The notes under the pieces: generated by a model
Told to the model about the DNA's origin: nothing
Seen by the model: the letters and a program-made list of their open reading frames with translations, nothing else
Databases searched by the model: none
Assembly (NCBI GenBank): GCA_049997875.1
Contig: JBEKRC010000001.1
Span: 236,609 to 300,608 of the forward strand
DNA from: Minisyncoccia bacterium
Lineage (GTDB): Bacteria > Patescibacteriota > Minisyncoccia > UBA6257 > 2-01-FULL-56-20
Reading direction: 5' to 3'
DNA length: 64,000 bases
Shown: positions 29,601 to 38,752 of the stretch, piece after piece
How the letters are laid out: each line of letters opens with the position of its first letter
Position numbering within the stretch: the first letter of the stretch is position 1
Made by a program: the position numbers and the translations under genes

Positions 29601-31148
29601 ATGACTATGGACGATTGGCGTTCGTTTGCGGAGGAAGCGGTCCGGCGTGCGAAGCGCGCGGGTGCTTCCTATGCGGATATACGCGTTTACCCGGAAGATC
29701 GCTTTGAAGAAGTGGAAACGGAGAACGGCGAGGTGGTTGCCGTGAACACGGGCGCGCATGCCGGGTTCGGTGTGCGGGTGCTGTGCGAGGGCGCTTGGGG
29801 ATTTTATGCGACCGATGCGCTCTCAAAATCGGAAATCGCGAAAGTTGTTGACCGCGCCGTGGCGAACGCGCGCGCGAACGCGGCGACGCGCAAACAGCCG
29901 GTGGAGCTGCTTCCTTTGGGCGAGGACGAGCGTGGAAAGGAGTATCGTTACGCTTCTAAATACGAGACCGACCCGTTCTCCGTTGCGGTTGATAAAAAAG
30001 TGGAATTGCTCTTGCGCGCGGACCGTGCGATGGCCGGAGCGAGCAAGCGCGTATTCTTGAGAAAGGGGAACATAAGTTCCTACCGTTTTAGAAAAATTTT
30101 ATTTACAAGCAACAGCGTATTCGCCGATCAGACATTTACGCGCGTGGGCGCGAGCGTCGTCGCGACCGCAGAGCGCGACCATGCCGATCCTGACAAACAG
30201 ACCTGTTCGCATCCCTCGCACTTCCCGTCGGTGATGCAAAAAGGGTGGGAAGCGGTGCTTGATTTTGATCTTGCAGGAAACGCGGGGCGGATTGCGGAGG
30301 AGGCGGACCGGTTTTTGGACGCGCCGGAAACCCCGACCGGCGTGCGCGACATCATCTTGATGCCGGAGCAGAACAATCTGCATGCGACGCACGAGACCGT
30401 GCACGGTGCGGAAGGGGATCGCGTGGACGACAAGGAATGGTCGCTCTCTGGCGGCAGCTTGTTCTCACTCGTGCTTCCCGAGATCGGCTCATTCCGGTTC
30501 GGCTCGGATGCGGTGAGTATCGTCGCGGACAGTTTGACCGAAGGCGGTGTGGGGACGTTCGCGTGCGACGACGAAGGGATTCCGGCAAAAAAGACAGTCC
30601 TCGTGGACCGTGGCATCTGGAAAGGACTCCTCGTTTCCCGCGAGAGTGCACTGTCGCTTAATCGGAAGCTCGCCAAAAATTATTTCACGGAAGCGAGCGG
30701 CGCCATGCGTGCGTCAAGCTATGCCTCATTCCCGCTCATTCGCATGAACAACATATCGCTCTTGCCCGGCGAAATCTCCTATGAAGAAATGTTGGATCGC
30801 GTTCCCGTGGGAACGATCCGTTTTGGCAACAACAAAAGCTGGTCCATTGATCCGTACCGCCGAGATTTCCAGTTCGGCACGGAAACCGGATGGGAGAAAG
30901 TTTTGCGGAACGGGAAGGCGGTGTGGGAGCCGCGGCGCAATCCGGTGTACCGCGGCGATAATTTGAAACAGTTCTTCAGGAATTGCGTGACGCCCGCGGA
31001 TGCGAAGAGCGCGCTCTTGCTCGGCGTCGGCAATTGCGGCAAAGGGAGGCCGGTGCAGACCATGGCGACCGGGCACTGTACGCCGCCCACATGGTACAAA
31101 AATATCAACGTTGATTCGTCGCGTTCGGCGGCCGCGATGAAAAAGTAA
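29601..31148 (+). CDS. tldD: TldD-like metalloprotease
   Basis: YADIR, GFGVRVL..GAWGF, HETVH, DDEG, RMNN, CGKG. Confidence 0.9.
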   Translation: MTMDDWRSFAEEAVRRAKRAGASYADIRVYPEDRFEEVETENGEVVAVNTGAHAGFGVRVLCEGAWGFYATDALSKSEIAKVVDRAVANARANAATRKQPVELLPLGEDERGKEYRYASKYETDPFSVAVDKKVELLLRADRAMAGASKRVFLRKGNISSYRFRKILFTSNSVFADQTFTRVGASVVATAERDHADPDKQTCSHPSHFPSVMQKGWEAVLDFDLAGNAGRIAEEADRFLDAPETPTGVRDIILMPEQNNLHATHETVHGAEGDRVDDKEWSLSGGSLFSLVLPEIGSFRFGSDAVSIVADSLTEGGVGTFACDDEGIPAKKTVLVDRGIWKGLLVSRESALSLNRKLAKNYFTEASGAMRASSYASFPLIRMNNISLLPGEISYEEMLDRVPVGTIRFGNNKSWSIDPYRRDFQFGTETGWEKVLRNGKAVWEPRRNPVYRGDNLKQFFRNCVTPADAKSALLLGVGNCGKGRPVQTMATGHCTPPTWYKNINVDSSRSAAAMKK

Positions 31149-31187
31149 CGCGCACACCTTTCCAGGTATTTTCAAAAATTTCCCAAC

Positions 31188-32609
31188 ATGAAAAACGCAC
31201 AAGAAATAATCGCAAAAGTTTTGGAGGACACGAAAAAGCGCGGCGCGGCCTTCACTGAAGTGATGGTTGCGCAGGGCTCGCACTCCTTCAAACGCATCAC
31301 GGACGGCGAGAGTTATCAGCCGACGGCGGGTGAGGGCGTTTCCATCATGGTGAGCTGTATCATTGACGGCAAGCGCGTGAACGCTTCATGCGATTCCCTG
31401 GACGCGCTTCCGGGCGAAATAGAAAATCTGTTCGTGAAGGCGCGCCTCCTGCCGCGCGAAAAGGAAGAGCTTTTCATTCCCGCGAAACCGTTTCCCAAAG
31501 CGTCAGTTCCCGAGTCGCTCCTTTATGATACGGAGACCGCGCAAATGGACGACGGAAAACTCGTGCGCACCATACAGGAAATAAACGGCATCATTGAACC
31601 CGCGGGATTCATATTCGACGGGGCGATCGCGCAGGGCGTGGGCGAGCTCACATTTGCGAACTCAGCGGGCACCTTGCAGAGCGCAAAGTCCACAAGCGCG
31701 GAGCTTTCCATATTCGGTTTTGATCCGAAGGACCGCTCCATCTCCGCCTATCGCACGGTGGCGGGAAAGTCGCTCAAAGAATTCGGGGTCGCTGCGGTCG
31801 CGGAGGATGTGAAAAAGAAATTGGAAATCCAGAGAAAATATCTTTCCGCGCACGGCGGGAAATATATTGATCCCTTTCTCGGGAAACCGGGACCGCAGCG
31901 GTTTGACGTGATTATGGAGCCATCGTGTTGGGCGGGACTCCTTGCCATTTTTTCGGGGCAGGCGGAGGCGTGGAACGGGAAGGCATATCAGGAGGGCACG
32001 AGCTTTTTCTCCGGCAAGCTTGGCACGCGCGTGATGGGCGAGAATATCACTATCATTGATGACCCGTTGAATCCGCTTGGCATCCCGCAAGCGTTTGATT
32101 ATGAAGGATTTCCCAAACAGAAGCTCGTGCTTGTGGAGAATGGTATTGCGAAGAACGTTGCGTATGACAACGCGCTCGCAAAAAAATATGGAACGGTCTC
32201 CACTGGTCACGCGCTGCCCGCTTCTGCCCGCAGTTTTGGCGCCCTGCCGCTGCACCTTGCGATCCAGGGCGGCACATCAAGCGTGGAGGAAATGATCCGC
32301 GCGTCAAAGAAGCCCGCGCTCTGGATCACGACGCTCCATTATATCCGCGCGACGCACCAGCAGGACGGCAGCGCGACCGGCACCACGCTCCATGGTGTTT
32401 TCCTCGTGAAGGACGGCGAGGTTGTGGGGCCCACCATGCATCTCCGCTTTGATGAAAGCTTGCCGCAGGCTTTGAGCCGCGTCACGCATCTCTCGCCCGC
32501 GCGACCCACGCTTTCCATGGAGAACGACGACACACCGTACATCCTCCCCGCCATGCGCTCGGAAGGGTTCCGCTTTGTGAGCGTGAACGACCGCAGCACG
32601 AAGGGGTAG
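31188..32609 (+). CDS. pmbA: TldE/PmbA-like partner subunit
   Basis: ITIIDDP, FD.EG, LVENG, STGH; no HExxH; follows tldD. Confidence 0.85.
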   Translation: MKNAQEIIAKVLEDTKKRGAAFTEVMVAQGSHSFKRITDGESYQPTAGEGVSIMVSCIIDGKRVNASCDSLDALPGEIENLFVKARLLPREKEELFIPAKPFPKASVPESLLYDTETAQMDDGKLVRTIQEINGIIEPAGFIFDGAIAQGVGELTFANSAGTLQSAKSTSAELSIFGFDPKDRSISAYRTVAGKSLKEFGVAAVAEDVKKKLEIQRKYLSAHGGKYIDPFLGKPGPQRFDVIMEPSCWAGLLAIFSGQAEAWNGKAYQEGTSFFSGKLGTRVMGENITIIDDPLNPLGIPQAFDYEGFPKQKLVLVENGIAKNVAYDNALAKKYGTVSTGHALPASARSFGALPLHLAIQGGTSSVEEMIRASKKPALWITTLHYIRATHQQDGSATGTTLHGVFLVKDGEVVGPTMHLRFDESLPQALSRVTHLSPARPTLSMENDDTPYILPAMRSEGFRFVSVNDRSTKG

Positions 32610-32642
32610 GTGCGCGCAGATGCACGCGGGATCCAGCGCCGC

Positions 32643-32695
32643 ATTAAAAAATTATTAAAAACTATTTGACGGCACTGGTCGGCCCGCGTTATAAT
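32643..32695 (+). promoter_or_regulatory. Promoter with conserved 17-bp upstream element
   Basis: ATTAAAAAATTATTAAA-6 nt-TTGACG-18 nt-TATAAT. Confidence 0.7.
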
Positions 32696-32700
32696 CAGAG

Positions 32701-32760
32701 AACAATTATTGGGATTTCCCACAACGCACCCCGCCCCTCGGCGGGGTGTACTATTTTTTC
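32701..32760 (+). ncRNA. Candidate ~60-nt small RNA
   Basis: Promoter, then TGGGA/TCCCA hairpin and CACCCCGCC/GGCGGGGTG terminator with T-run; no ORF fits. Confidence 0.4.
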
Positions 32761-32809
32761 GGAAAGTACGGGAGACGGTCATAAACATTTCTTCAGCGTT
32801 TTTGAGACC

Positions 32810-32918
32810 AAACAAAAAGCCGCTCGTCATTGAGCGGATCTTTGGCATGCCCGCTATCAGCCTTGTGGCCTTGCGACCGCTTTTACGCCGATACGGGATT
32901 GGGTACCCGCGGGCATAG
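32810..32918 (-). ncRNA. Candidate structured small RNA (~105 nt) with terminator
   Basis: ATGCCCGC/GCGGGCAT closing stem, TATCGGC/GCTGATA stem, GCAA tetraloop; CCGCTC/GAGCGG + T-run. Confidence 0.5.
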
Positions 32919-32922
32919 TCCT

Positions 32923-32973
32923 ATGATAAGTCAGAAATTCTCCTTGTCAAGAACGGTTTTAAAAAGTTTTAAT
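32923..32973 (-). promoter_or_regulatory. Promoter with variant 17-bp upstream element
   Basis: ATTAAAACTTTTTAAAA-6 nt-TTGACA-16 nt-TATCAT on the minus strand. Confidence 0.7.
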
Positions 32974-32996
32974 GCCCTTTGTGCTAGGATTGCGGC

Positions 32997-34169
32997 ATGA
33001 AAAACAAAATTATGTCGTGTTGTTTGTGCGTTGCGGTTGCGGGCGGTTGGGCGTGGATGGCGGGGATGGCGTGGGCGTGGCTGCCGGCTTGGTCATCGGC
33101 TTGGCCATCTTTGCGGACGGCGGAGGCCGCTTATCATTTCTCCGGCTTCTTGGGCAAACCGCCGATTCACATTTTCCGGTCGGCGCAGAAGGCGCCCGCG
33201 GGCGTGACCCCCGCGGAAATCAGAAGGATCTACAACCTGCCGTCCACGGGTGGGCAAGGGACAATTGCCATCATTGATGCATACGACGCCCCGAACATTG
33301 AGAGCAACCTCGCGGTGTTCAATAAGACCTATGGGTTGCCCGCGTGCACAACGAAGAACGGTTGCCTGGAAAAGCATAAAATAGCGAGTTCCACGGCTAC
33401 GAACGGCGGGTGGGCGTTGGAGGAATCGCTTGATGTTGAATGGGCGCATGCCATAGCGCCGCAGGCGAAGATCCTGCTTGTGGAGGCGAAGACGGCGAGC
33501 GGGGCGAACCTGCTTGCGGCGGTTGATTATGCGGCATCGCGCAAGGACGTGGTCGCGATCTCCATGAGCTGGGGCGGCGAGGAATTTCCCGAAGAGCTTT
33601 CGCTTGATTCGCATCTTGTGAGCAAGTCGGGGGCGGTATTCTTTGCGGCGTCCGGCGACGACGGCGCGGGCGCGGAGTGGCCCGCCGCGTCGCCGAATGT
33701 GGTGGGCGTCGGGGGCACGTCGCTGGAACTTTTCAAAAGCGGTGCGTTCATTTCTGAATCGGCGTGGGCGGGGAGCGGCGGCGGCGTGAGTGCATACGAA
33801 CCGGAGCCGGATTATCAAAAAGCGTACAGCATCCCGAAGGCGAACGGCCATCGCGCGGTTCCTGACGTGGCTTATAACGCCGATCCCAAATCTGGATTCG
33901 TGGTTTACCGTACCACCGGTTCCTCAAAAAACGGCTGGTACACGGTCGGCGGCACGTCCGCTGGTGCGCCGCAATGGGCGGCAATTCATGCTCTTAATCT
34001 TTCCGTCTCGCTTCCGAAGTTGTATTCAGACAAGGCGTCCGGCGATACGCTCAAATATTTCCGCGACATCACGAGCGGCGCGAACGGCACGTGCAGATAT
34101 TACTGCAACGCCCGCGCGCGCTACGACTACGTGACCGGCCTCGGCGTCCCGCAGACCGCGCAATTCTAG
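32997..34169 (+). CDS. Secreted S53 (sedolisin/kumamolisin-like) peptidase
   Basis: EESLDVE, SMSWG, ASGDDG, VPDVA, GGTSAGAP, YDYVTGLG. Confidence 0.9.
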   Translation: MKNKIMSCCLCVAVAGGWAWMAGMAWAWLPAWSSAWPSLRTAEAAYHFSGFLGKPPIHIFRSAQKAPAGVTPAEIRRIYNLPSTGGQGTIAIIDAYDAPNIESNLAVFNKTYGLPACTTKNGCLEKHKIASSTATNGGWALEESLDVEWAHAIAPQAKILLVEAKTASGANLLAAVDYAASRKDVVAISMSWGGEEFPEELSLDSHLVSKSGAVFFAASGDDGAGAEWPAASPNVVGVGGTSLELFKSGAFISESAWAGSGGGVSAYEPEPDYQKAYSIPKANGHRAVPDVAYNADPKSGFVVYRTTGSSKNGWYTVGGTSAGAPQWAAIHALNLSVSLPKLYSDKASGDTLKYFRDITSGANGTCRYYCNARARYDYVTGLGVPQTAQF

Positions 34170-34178
34170 AAAAACCAG

Positions 34179-34229
34179 ATTAAAAAATTATTAAAAAATC
34201 TTTGACATTATCATGGCGATCGCTACGAT
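34179..34229 (+). promoter_or_regulatory. Promoter with conserved 17-bp upstream element
   Basis: ATTAAAAAATTATTAAA-6 nt-TTGACA-16 nt-TACGAT. Confidence 0.7.
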
Positions 34230-34245
34230 GGAACTATCTACTACC

Positions 34246-34503
34246 ATGGATGAAAAATTTACCGTTACTCAAACTATAGGCAACTGGATTTCCACGCTTC
34301 TACTTGGTTCTACAAAAGAACTTATTGTTCGCATAGATGAGCGGGTAGCCGTGCTTTCTCAAAAAACAGATCGGATGGAGGAGAGAATGGGGAGACTGGA
34401 GCGGGAGGTTATGTCCCAGGGCGCCGACATTAGGGTTCTCAAGGAAGATGTCCACTATCTAAAGGAGGACGTTCGCTACCTAAAATCCCGCGCCACTGCT
34501 TGA
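34246..34503 (+). CDS. Small coiled-coil protein
   Basis: Heptads (LKEDVHY LKEDVRY); start placed downstream of the predicted -10. Confidence 0.6.
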   Translation: MDEKFTVTQTIGNWISTLLLGSTKELIVRIDERVAVLSQKTDRMEERMGRLEREVMSQGADIRVLKEDVHYLKEDVRYLKSRATA

Positions 34504-34607
34504 TTTTTGGTGTCCATAAACGCTTGGAATTTTGCCGCAAAATGTGCTAGAATAAGGTATCCGTTCCGGCGGGATTATTTTTTGAAGAGGGCCGGAAAGG
34601 CCCGAAA

Positions 34608-36698
34608 ATGCCCAAAAAACGAGCGAAAAAGGAGGTCAAAAAGGATACCAACAAAGGCAGCGCATCCTACAGCGCGAAGGACATTTACGTTCTTGAAGGA
34701 CTTGAGCCGGTGCGCAAGCGGCCCGGCATGTACATCGGCTCCACGGGCTCCATCGGATTGCACCACCTGATTTGGGAGGTTGTGGACAACTCTATTGACG
34801 AGGCGATGGCGGGATACGCGAAGAATATCACGGTTGAACTCTCGCCTGGAAACAAAGTGGCGGTGACGGACGACGGTCGTGGCATTCCGGTGGAAAGGCA
34901 CGCGCAGACGAAGAAGTCGGCGCTTGAGACCGTGATGACGACACTCCACGCCGGAGGCAAATTCGGCGGCGAATCGTACAAGGTTTCGGGCGGGCTACAC
35001 GGTGTGGGCGTGTCGGTCGTGAACGCGCTTTCGGAGTGGCTCAAAGTGGAAGTGGAGCGCGATGGTGGACTTTTCGTTCAGGAATATGTGCGCGGTAAGC
35101 CGAAATACAAAGTGAAGAGGGTCGGCGCGTCCAAGCGTCACGGCACGAAGGTAACTTTTTCGCCTGATCCGCAGATTCTCACCGAACTTGAGTTTGACGA
35201 CAAGACGATTTTAGATCACCTGCGCCAGCAGGCCTATCTTACGAAAGGCGTGCGGATCAACATATTTGATCGGCGGCAGAAAGTGCCGGTATTCTACGGA
35301 TTTTATTTTGAGGGCGGATTGCTTTCGTTCGTGCGGTTTCTTGCCGAGAAGAAGAACAAGTTGCAGGAAGATATTTTTTACGTTGATAAAGAACAGGAGA
35401 AGATAGAGGTAGAAGCGGCGTTCCAGTACGTGGACGACACGAAGGTGCAGGAGATGAGCTTCGCGAACAACATTTACACGCCTGACGGCGGGATGCACCT
35501 TACTGGTTTCCGGTCGGCGCTCACGCGCTCCTTGAATGCCCATGCGCGCACGGAAGGATACCTGAAAGAAAAGGATGAGAACCTGACGAGCGACGATGTG
35601 CGCGAGGGATTGGTGGCCGTGATTTCCGTAAAGCTCCGCGAACCGCAGTTTGAGGGGCAAACCAAAGCGAAGCTTGGCAATCCGGAGGCGCGGACGGCGG
35701 TGGAAAGCGTTGTGAATGAGGCGCTAAAAGAGTTTTTAGAGAAGCACCCGCAGGAAGCGAAGTCCATCGTCGCGAAGGTGTTGCTTACCGCGAAGGCGCG
35801 GCTTGCCGCGCGCGCGGCACGGGAGACCGTTTTGCGCAAGGGCGCGTTTGAGGGACTCACGTTGCCGGGGAAGCTTGCCGATTGTATCTCAAAGGACGCG
35901 GCGGAATCGGAACTCTTCATTGTGGAGGGCGACTCCGCGGGCGGAACGGCAAAGCAGGGACGGAACCGCCACACGCAGGCGATCTTGCCTTTGCGCGGGA
36001 AAATCTTGAATGTGGAGCGGGCGCATCTGGACAAGATGCTTGCGAACGCGGAGGTGCGCGCGCTTGTCGTCGCGATCGGCACGGCGATCGGCGAGGAGTT
36101 TGACATGGGGAAGCTCCGGTACCACAAAGTCATCATCATGACGGACGCGGACGTGGACGGCGCGCACATCCGGACGCTGCTTCTCACACTCTTCTACCGT
36201 TATTTCAAGGAAGTGGTGGAAGGCGGTTACTTGTACATCGCCCAGCCGCCGCTTTACCGCATACAGCTCGGCAAGGCCGTGCGCTATGCGTTCTCGGACG
36301 CGGAGAAGGATAGGGTGATTGCGGAAATGCAGAAAGAAAAACCGGCGGAGAAAAAATCCGCGAAACAAAAAGCGGCCCCGGCCGGCGCCGCCTCCTCCGC
36401 GGCCGTCGCAGAGGGGACTGCTGCAGAGGGAGAAACGGTGTCCGAGGGCGAAAACGTGGGCGGGAGTACGCGCCTCCCGAACATCCAGCGCTACAAGGGC
36501 TTGGGCGAAATGAACGCAAGTCAGCTTTGGGAAACAACCATGAATCCGGAGAACCGCATGATGAAGCAGGTGATGGTTGACGACGCGGAAAAGGCGGACA
36601 AACTTTTTGACATACTGATGGGCGATGCCGTGGAACCGCGCAAGAACTTCATCCAGGCGCACGCGGCGACGGTGCAGAATTTGGATCTTCAGGCATAA
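34608..36698 (+). CDS. gyrB: DNA gyrase subunit B
   Basis: VRKRPGMYIG, GGLHGVG, VEGDSAGG, DADVDG, RYKGLGEM. Confidence 0.98.
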   Translation: MPKKRAKKEVKKDTNKGSASYSAKDIYVLEGLEPVRKRPGMYIGSTGSIGLHHLIWEVVDNSIDEAMAGYAKNITVELSPGNKVAVTDDGRGIPVERHAQTKKSALETVMTTLHAGGKFGGESYKVSGGLHGVGVSVVNALSEWLKVEVERDGGLFVQEYVRGKPKYKVKRVGASKRHGTKVTFSPDPQILTELEFDDKTILDHLRQQAYLTKGVRINIFDRRQKVPVFYGFYFEGGLLSFVRFLAEKKNKLQEDIFYVDKEQEKIEVEAAFQYVDDTKVQEMSFANNIYTPDGGMHLTGFRSALTRSLNAHARTEGYLKEKDENLTSDDVREGLVAVISVKLREPQFEGQTKAKLGNPEARTAVESVVNEALKEFLEKHPQEAKSIVAKVLLTAKARLAARAARETVLRKGAFEGLTLPGKLADCISKDAAESELFIVEGDSAGGTAKQGRNRHTQAILPLRGKILNVERAHLDKMLANAEVRALVVAIGTAIGEEFDMGKLRYHKVIIMTDADVDGAHIRTLLLTLFYRYFKEVVEGGYLYIAQPPLYRIQLGKAVRYAFSDAEKDRVIAEMQKEKPAEKKSAKQKAAPAGAASSAAVAEGTAAEGETVSEGENVGGSTRLPNIQRYKGLGEMNASQLWETTMNPENRMMKQVMVDDAEKADKLFDILMGDAVEPRKNFIQAHAATVQNLDLQA

Positions 36699-36901
36699 GT
36701 GCGCAGCCCTTCCGCTTTTGAGGAACCCTCTCCGGCCTCGCAAAAATCCGGCTCGCTCATGTACGGAAATCCGCCACCCTGGTCGCTGCTCCCGGGCACC
36801 CGGCGGATTTCCTATTCGCTCGCGGATTTTTAACTCGGCCTCCGCACGGTTCCTCAAAAACTGGAGGACTGCGCTTTTTGTTTGAATCCCCTGCGCACTT
36901 A
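36696..36901. repeat. Long nested inverted repeat (MITE/REP-like hairpin)
   Basis: TAAGTGCGCAG/CTGCGCACTTA ends; inner TTTTGAGGAACC/GGTTCCTCAAAA, AAAAATCCG/CGGATTTTT, GGAAATCCGCC/GGCGGATTTCC. Confidence 0.8.
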
Positions 36902-36902
36902 A

Positions 36903-36930
36903 TTGACGTAGTCTAAAACGCTGTTATAAT
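36903..36930 (+). promoter_or_regulatory. Strong sigma70 promoter (extended -10)
   Basis: TTGACG-16 nt-TATAAT with TG upstream of the -10. Confidence 0.75.
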
Positions 36931-36936
36931 GCGCGT

Positions 36937-37089
36937 GTGGCAGGGAGACACTGGTCGACTCCCTGTGTGGTTGCTCTGAAACTGGCACAGGTTGGCGTGC
37001 ATGCACGCCTGGGCCCCAGAAGCGCACACCAGACCCGGCAAGGGCTATCGCAGAGCATCTAAAGCTCCGACAGCTGCAATCCTTGCCGT
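36937..37089 (+). ncRNA. Structured ncRNA, possibly a divergent 6S RNA
   Basis: GGCAGGGA/TCCTTGCC closing stem then T-run; long irregular hairpin containing GGTTGGCGTGCATGC; own promoter; no ORF. Confidence 0.55.
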
Positions 37090-37168
37090 TTTTAATTTTT
37101 TGAAATCAATGATCGTTCGAAACTCGTCCACACCTGCGCACAATTACTTAATTTTGTAGAATAGCAGT

Positions 37169-37666
37169 ATGGCGGTATTATTTGTAACCGTTGGTGTTCC
37201 TGGTTCAGGAAAAAGTTACTTTGCTGAGAAGCTTTGCAAAGAACGTGGGCTTGTCCATCTGCGTAGCGACAAAATTCGAGACATTGTTTTCCCGAAGCCG
37301 ACCTATAAGCCCGGAGAAAATAACAAGCTGTTCGGCTTGATTGATTTTCTTGTTGTTGAACTTCTTTCAAAAGGGGTTGGCGTCGTGTATGATGCCAACT
37401 TTACTAAGAAGATCCATCGAACGGAAATGGCGCGAATTGCAAAAAAGAATGGCGCACAATATGCCGTACTTTGGATAAAAACCCCTCTCTCGGTAGCATT
37501 AAAACGGGTTAAAGCTAGAAAGTATCACAAAATAGGGAAGCGAGTTGTTTTTGGCATACATGAGGAAACTGAATATCCTCACAATGAACCAGTGGTCGTT
37601 CTGGATGGAACTAAATCATATCGCAGCCAGAAGAGGCTATTTAAGCAATATTTCCGAGCTGCTTAA
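37169..37666 (+). CDS. AAA_33/zeta-like P-loop kinase
   Basis: GVPGSGKS, LRSD.IR, VVYDANF. Confidence 0.85.
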   Translation: MAVLFVTVGVPGSGKSYFAEKLCKERGLVHLRSDKIRDIVFPKPTYKPGENNKLFGLIDFLVVELLSKGVGVVYDANFTKKIHRTEMARIAKKNGAQYAVLWIKTPLSVALKRVKARKYHKIGKRVVFGIHEETEYPHNEPVVVLDGTKSYRSQKRLFKQYFRAA

Positions 37667-37703
37667 TAAGGTCGTTCGAAAATCGTTCAGGCCTGAGCAC
37701 TTA

Positions 37704-38312
37704 ATGGCTACAGTATATATCATCGGAGGGCCGTCGCGAGTTGGCAAATCAGAGATAGCTAAGAGGATTGAGGCTCATAAAATTTATGAGAATAAGAATC
37801 CGATTTATCTTCAGACCGATATTATACGCATGCGAGAAGATGTGCAAAATATTGATTTTCCGGCGTCTTTTATTCCGGACAAAAATGCAGAACCAAGAAA
37901 CGAACACGCAAAGTTTTATGTCCTTGAGTTTCTTAAAACAAATGATACGCCTGAATATCAATCGGATATTATCATCGAGGGAGTTGCGTTTGATCTTCCC
38001 GAGCGAACAAAAGATCTTGCATTAAAGCACCTCAAACTTAAAAAGGTGTTTATCTGGCATAGAGAATCCCATATCGAAAACGTGATAAGCTATACAAAAA
38101 GGGTTGGTGATTATAAAAGCTCAGAGCTCTTAAGCAAAGGCGAAAAACAATTTAGACGGGAAGTAACAAAAGAAATTCTAGACAGAATACAAGAAAATCT
38201 TGACATCAAGGAACGCGCAAAGAGATTCAATTGGGATTATTTCGAGACCACAGATCCCGGATCGCCGAGAACTCACATCGACCTTATTACCGAGTATCTG
38301 TTGAGAAGTTGA
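37704..38312 (+). CDS. P-loop NTPase/kinase (2-phosphoglycerate kinase-like)
   Basis: IIGGPSRVGKS, TDIIR, IIIEGV. Confidence 0.7.
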   Translation: MATVYIIGGPSRVGKSEIAKRIEAHKIYENKNPIYLQTDIIRMREDVQNIDFPASFIPDKNAEPRNEHAKFYVLEFLKTNDTPEYQSDIIIEGVAFDLPERTKDLALKHLKLKKVFIWHRESHIENVISYTKRVGDYKSSELLSKGEKQFRREVTKEILDRIQENLDIKERAKRFNWDYFETTDPGSPRTHIDLITEYLLRS

Positions 38313-38364
38313 GTTTTTGACTCAATATTGTTCGAACATCGTTGCATGCTCTCCTGTGCACGGC

Positions 38365-38730
38365 TTAACCCTCAAACCTACGTAATCGGTGTTGTTTCAA
38401 TAATTTCCCGAGCCATCGCAATGGGGACGGGAATGAGCCGGATTTCCATCGGACGAGCCACGGGTGCCGTTTCATTTCTTTTGTGTTTCTCGCGTTGTTG
38501 CATGATGGGCAGCTAAGCACGAGTGTCCGCATCCTCATCCGGACATCTTTTCTCGGACCCATAAACGCTGAGGTGAGGTGGTCAATCGTGGCGTAATCTT
38601 CGGGCGTCGCCTTAAGTCCGCCCTTTCCGTAGTCGGGGTATAGTTTTAATTCTCTTCGGCACCAATAACAGTGCGGGTCTTCCCGCAGGAGCCGCTCCCG
38701 ACGTTTTCTAAAATATCCGGGCCTGGGCAT
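38365..38730 (-). CDS. HNH endonuclease
   Basis: CYWC ... ATIDH ... LVLSCPSCNN. Confidence 0.8.
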   Translation of the reverse strand: MPRPGYFRKRRERLLREDPHCYWCRRELKLYPDYGKGGLKATPEDYATIDHLTSAFMGPRKDVRMRMRTLVLSCPSCNNARNTKEMKRHPWLVRWKSGSFPSPLRWLGKLLKQHRLRRFEG

Positions 38731-38752
38731 GGTAAAATTATGTGGAGGAAGC

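Noticed and set aside
32845-32916. Twister ribozyme (GGGTACCCAATCCCG..TAAAAGCGG resemblance)
   Set aside because: Lacks the upstream UAA cleavage loop and the downstream GAGGG pseudoknot strand.
36937-37089. RNase P RNA, tmRNA or SRP RNA
   Set aside because: No GAGGAAAGUCC, no tRNA-Ala-like ends, no SRP GGAA/AGCAG motif.
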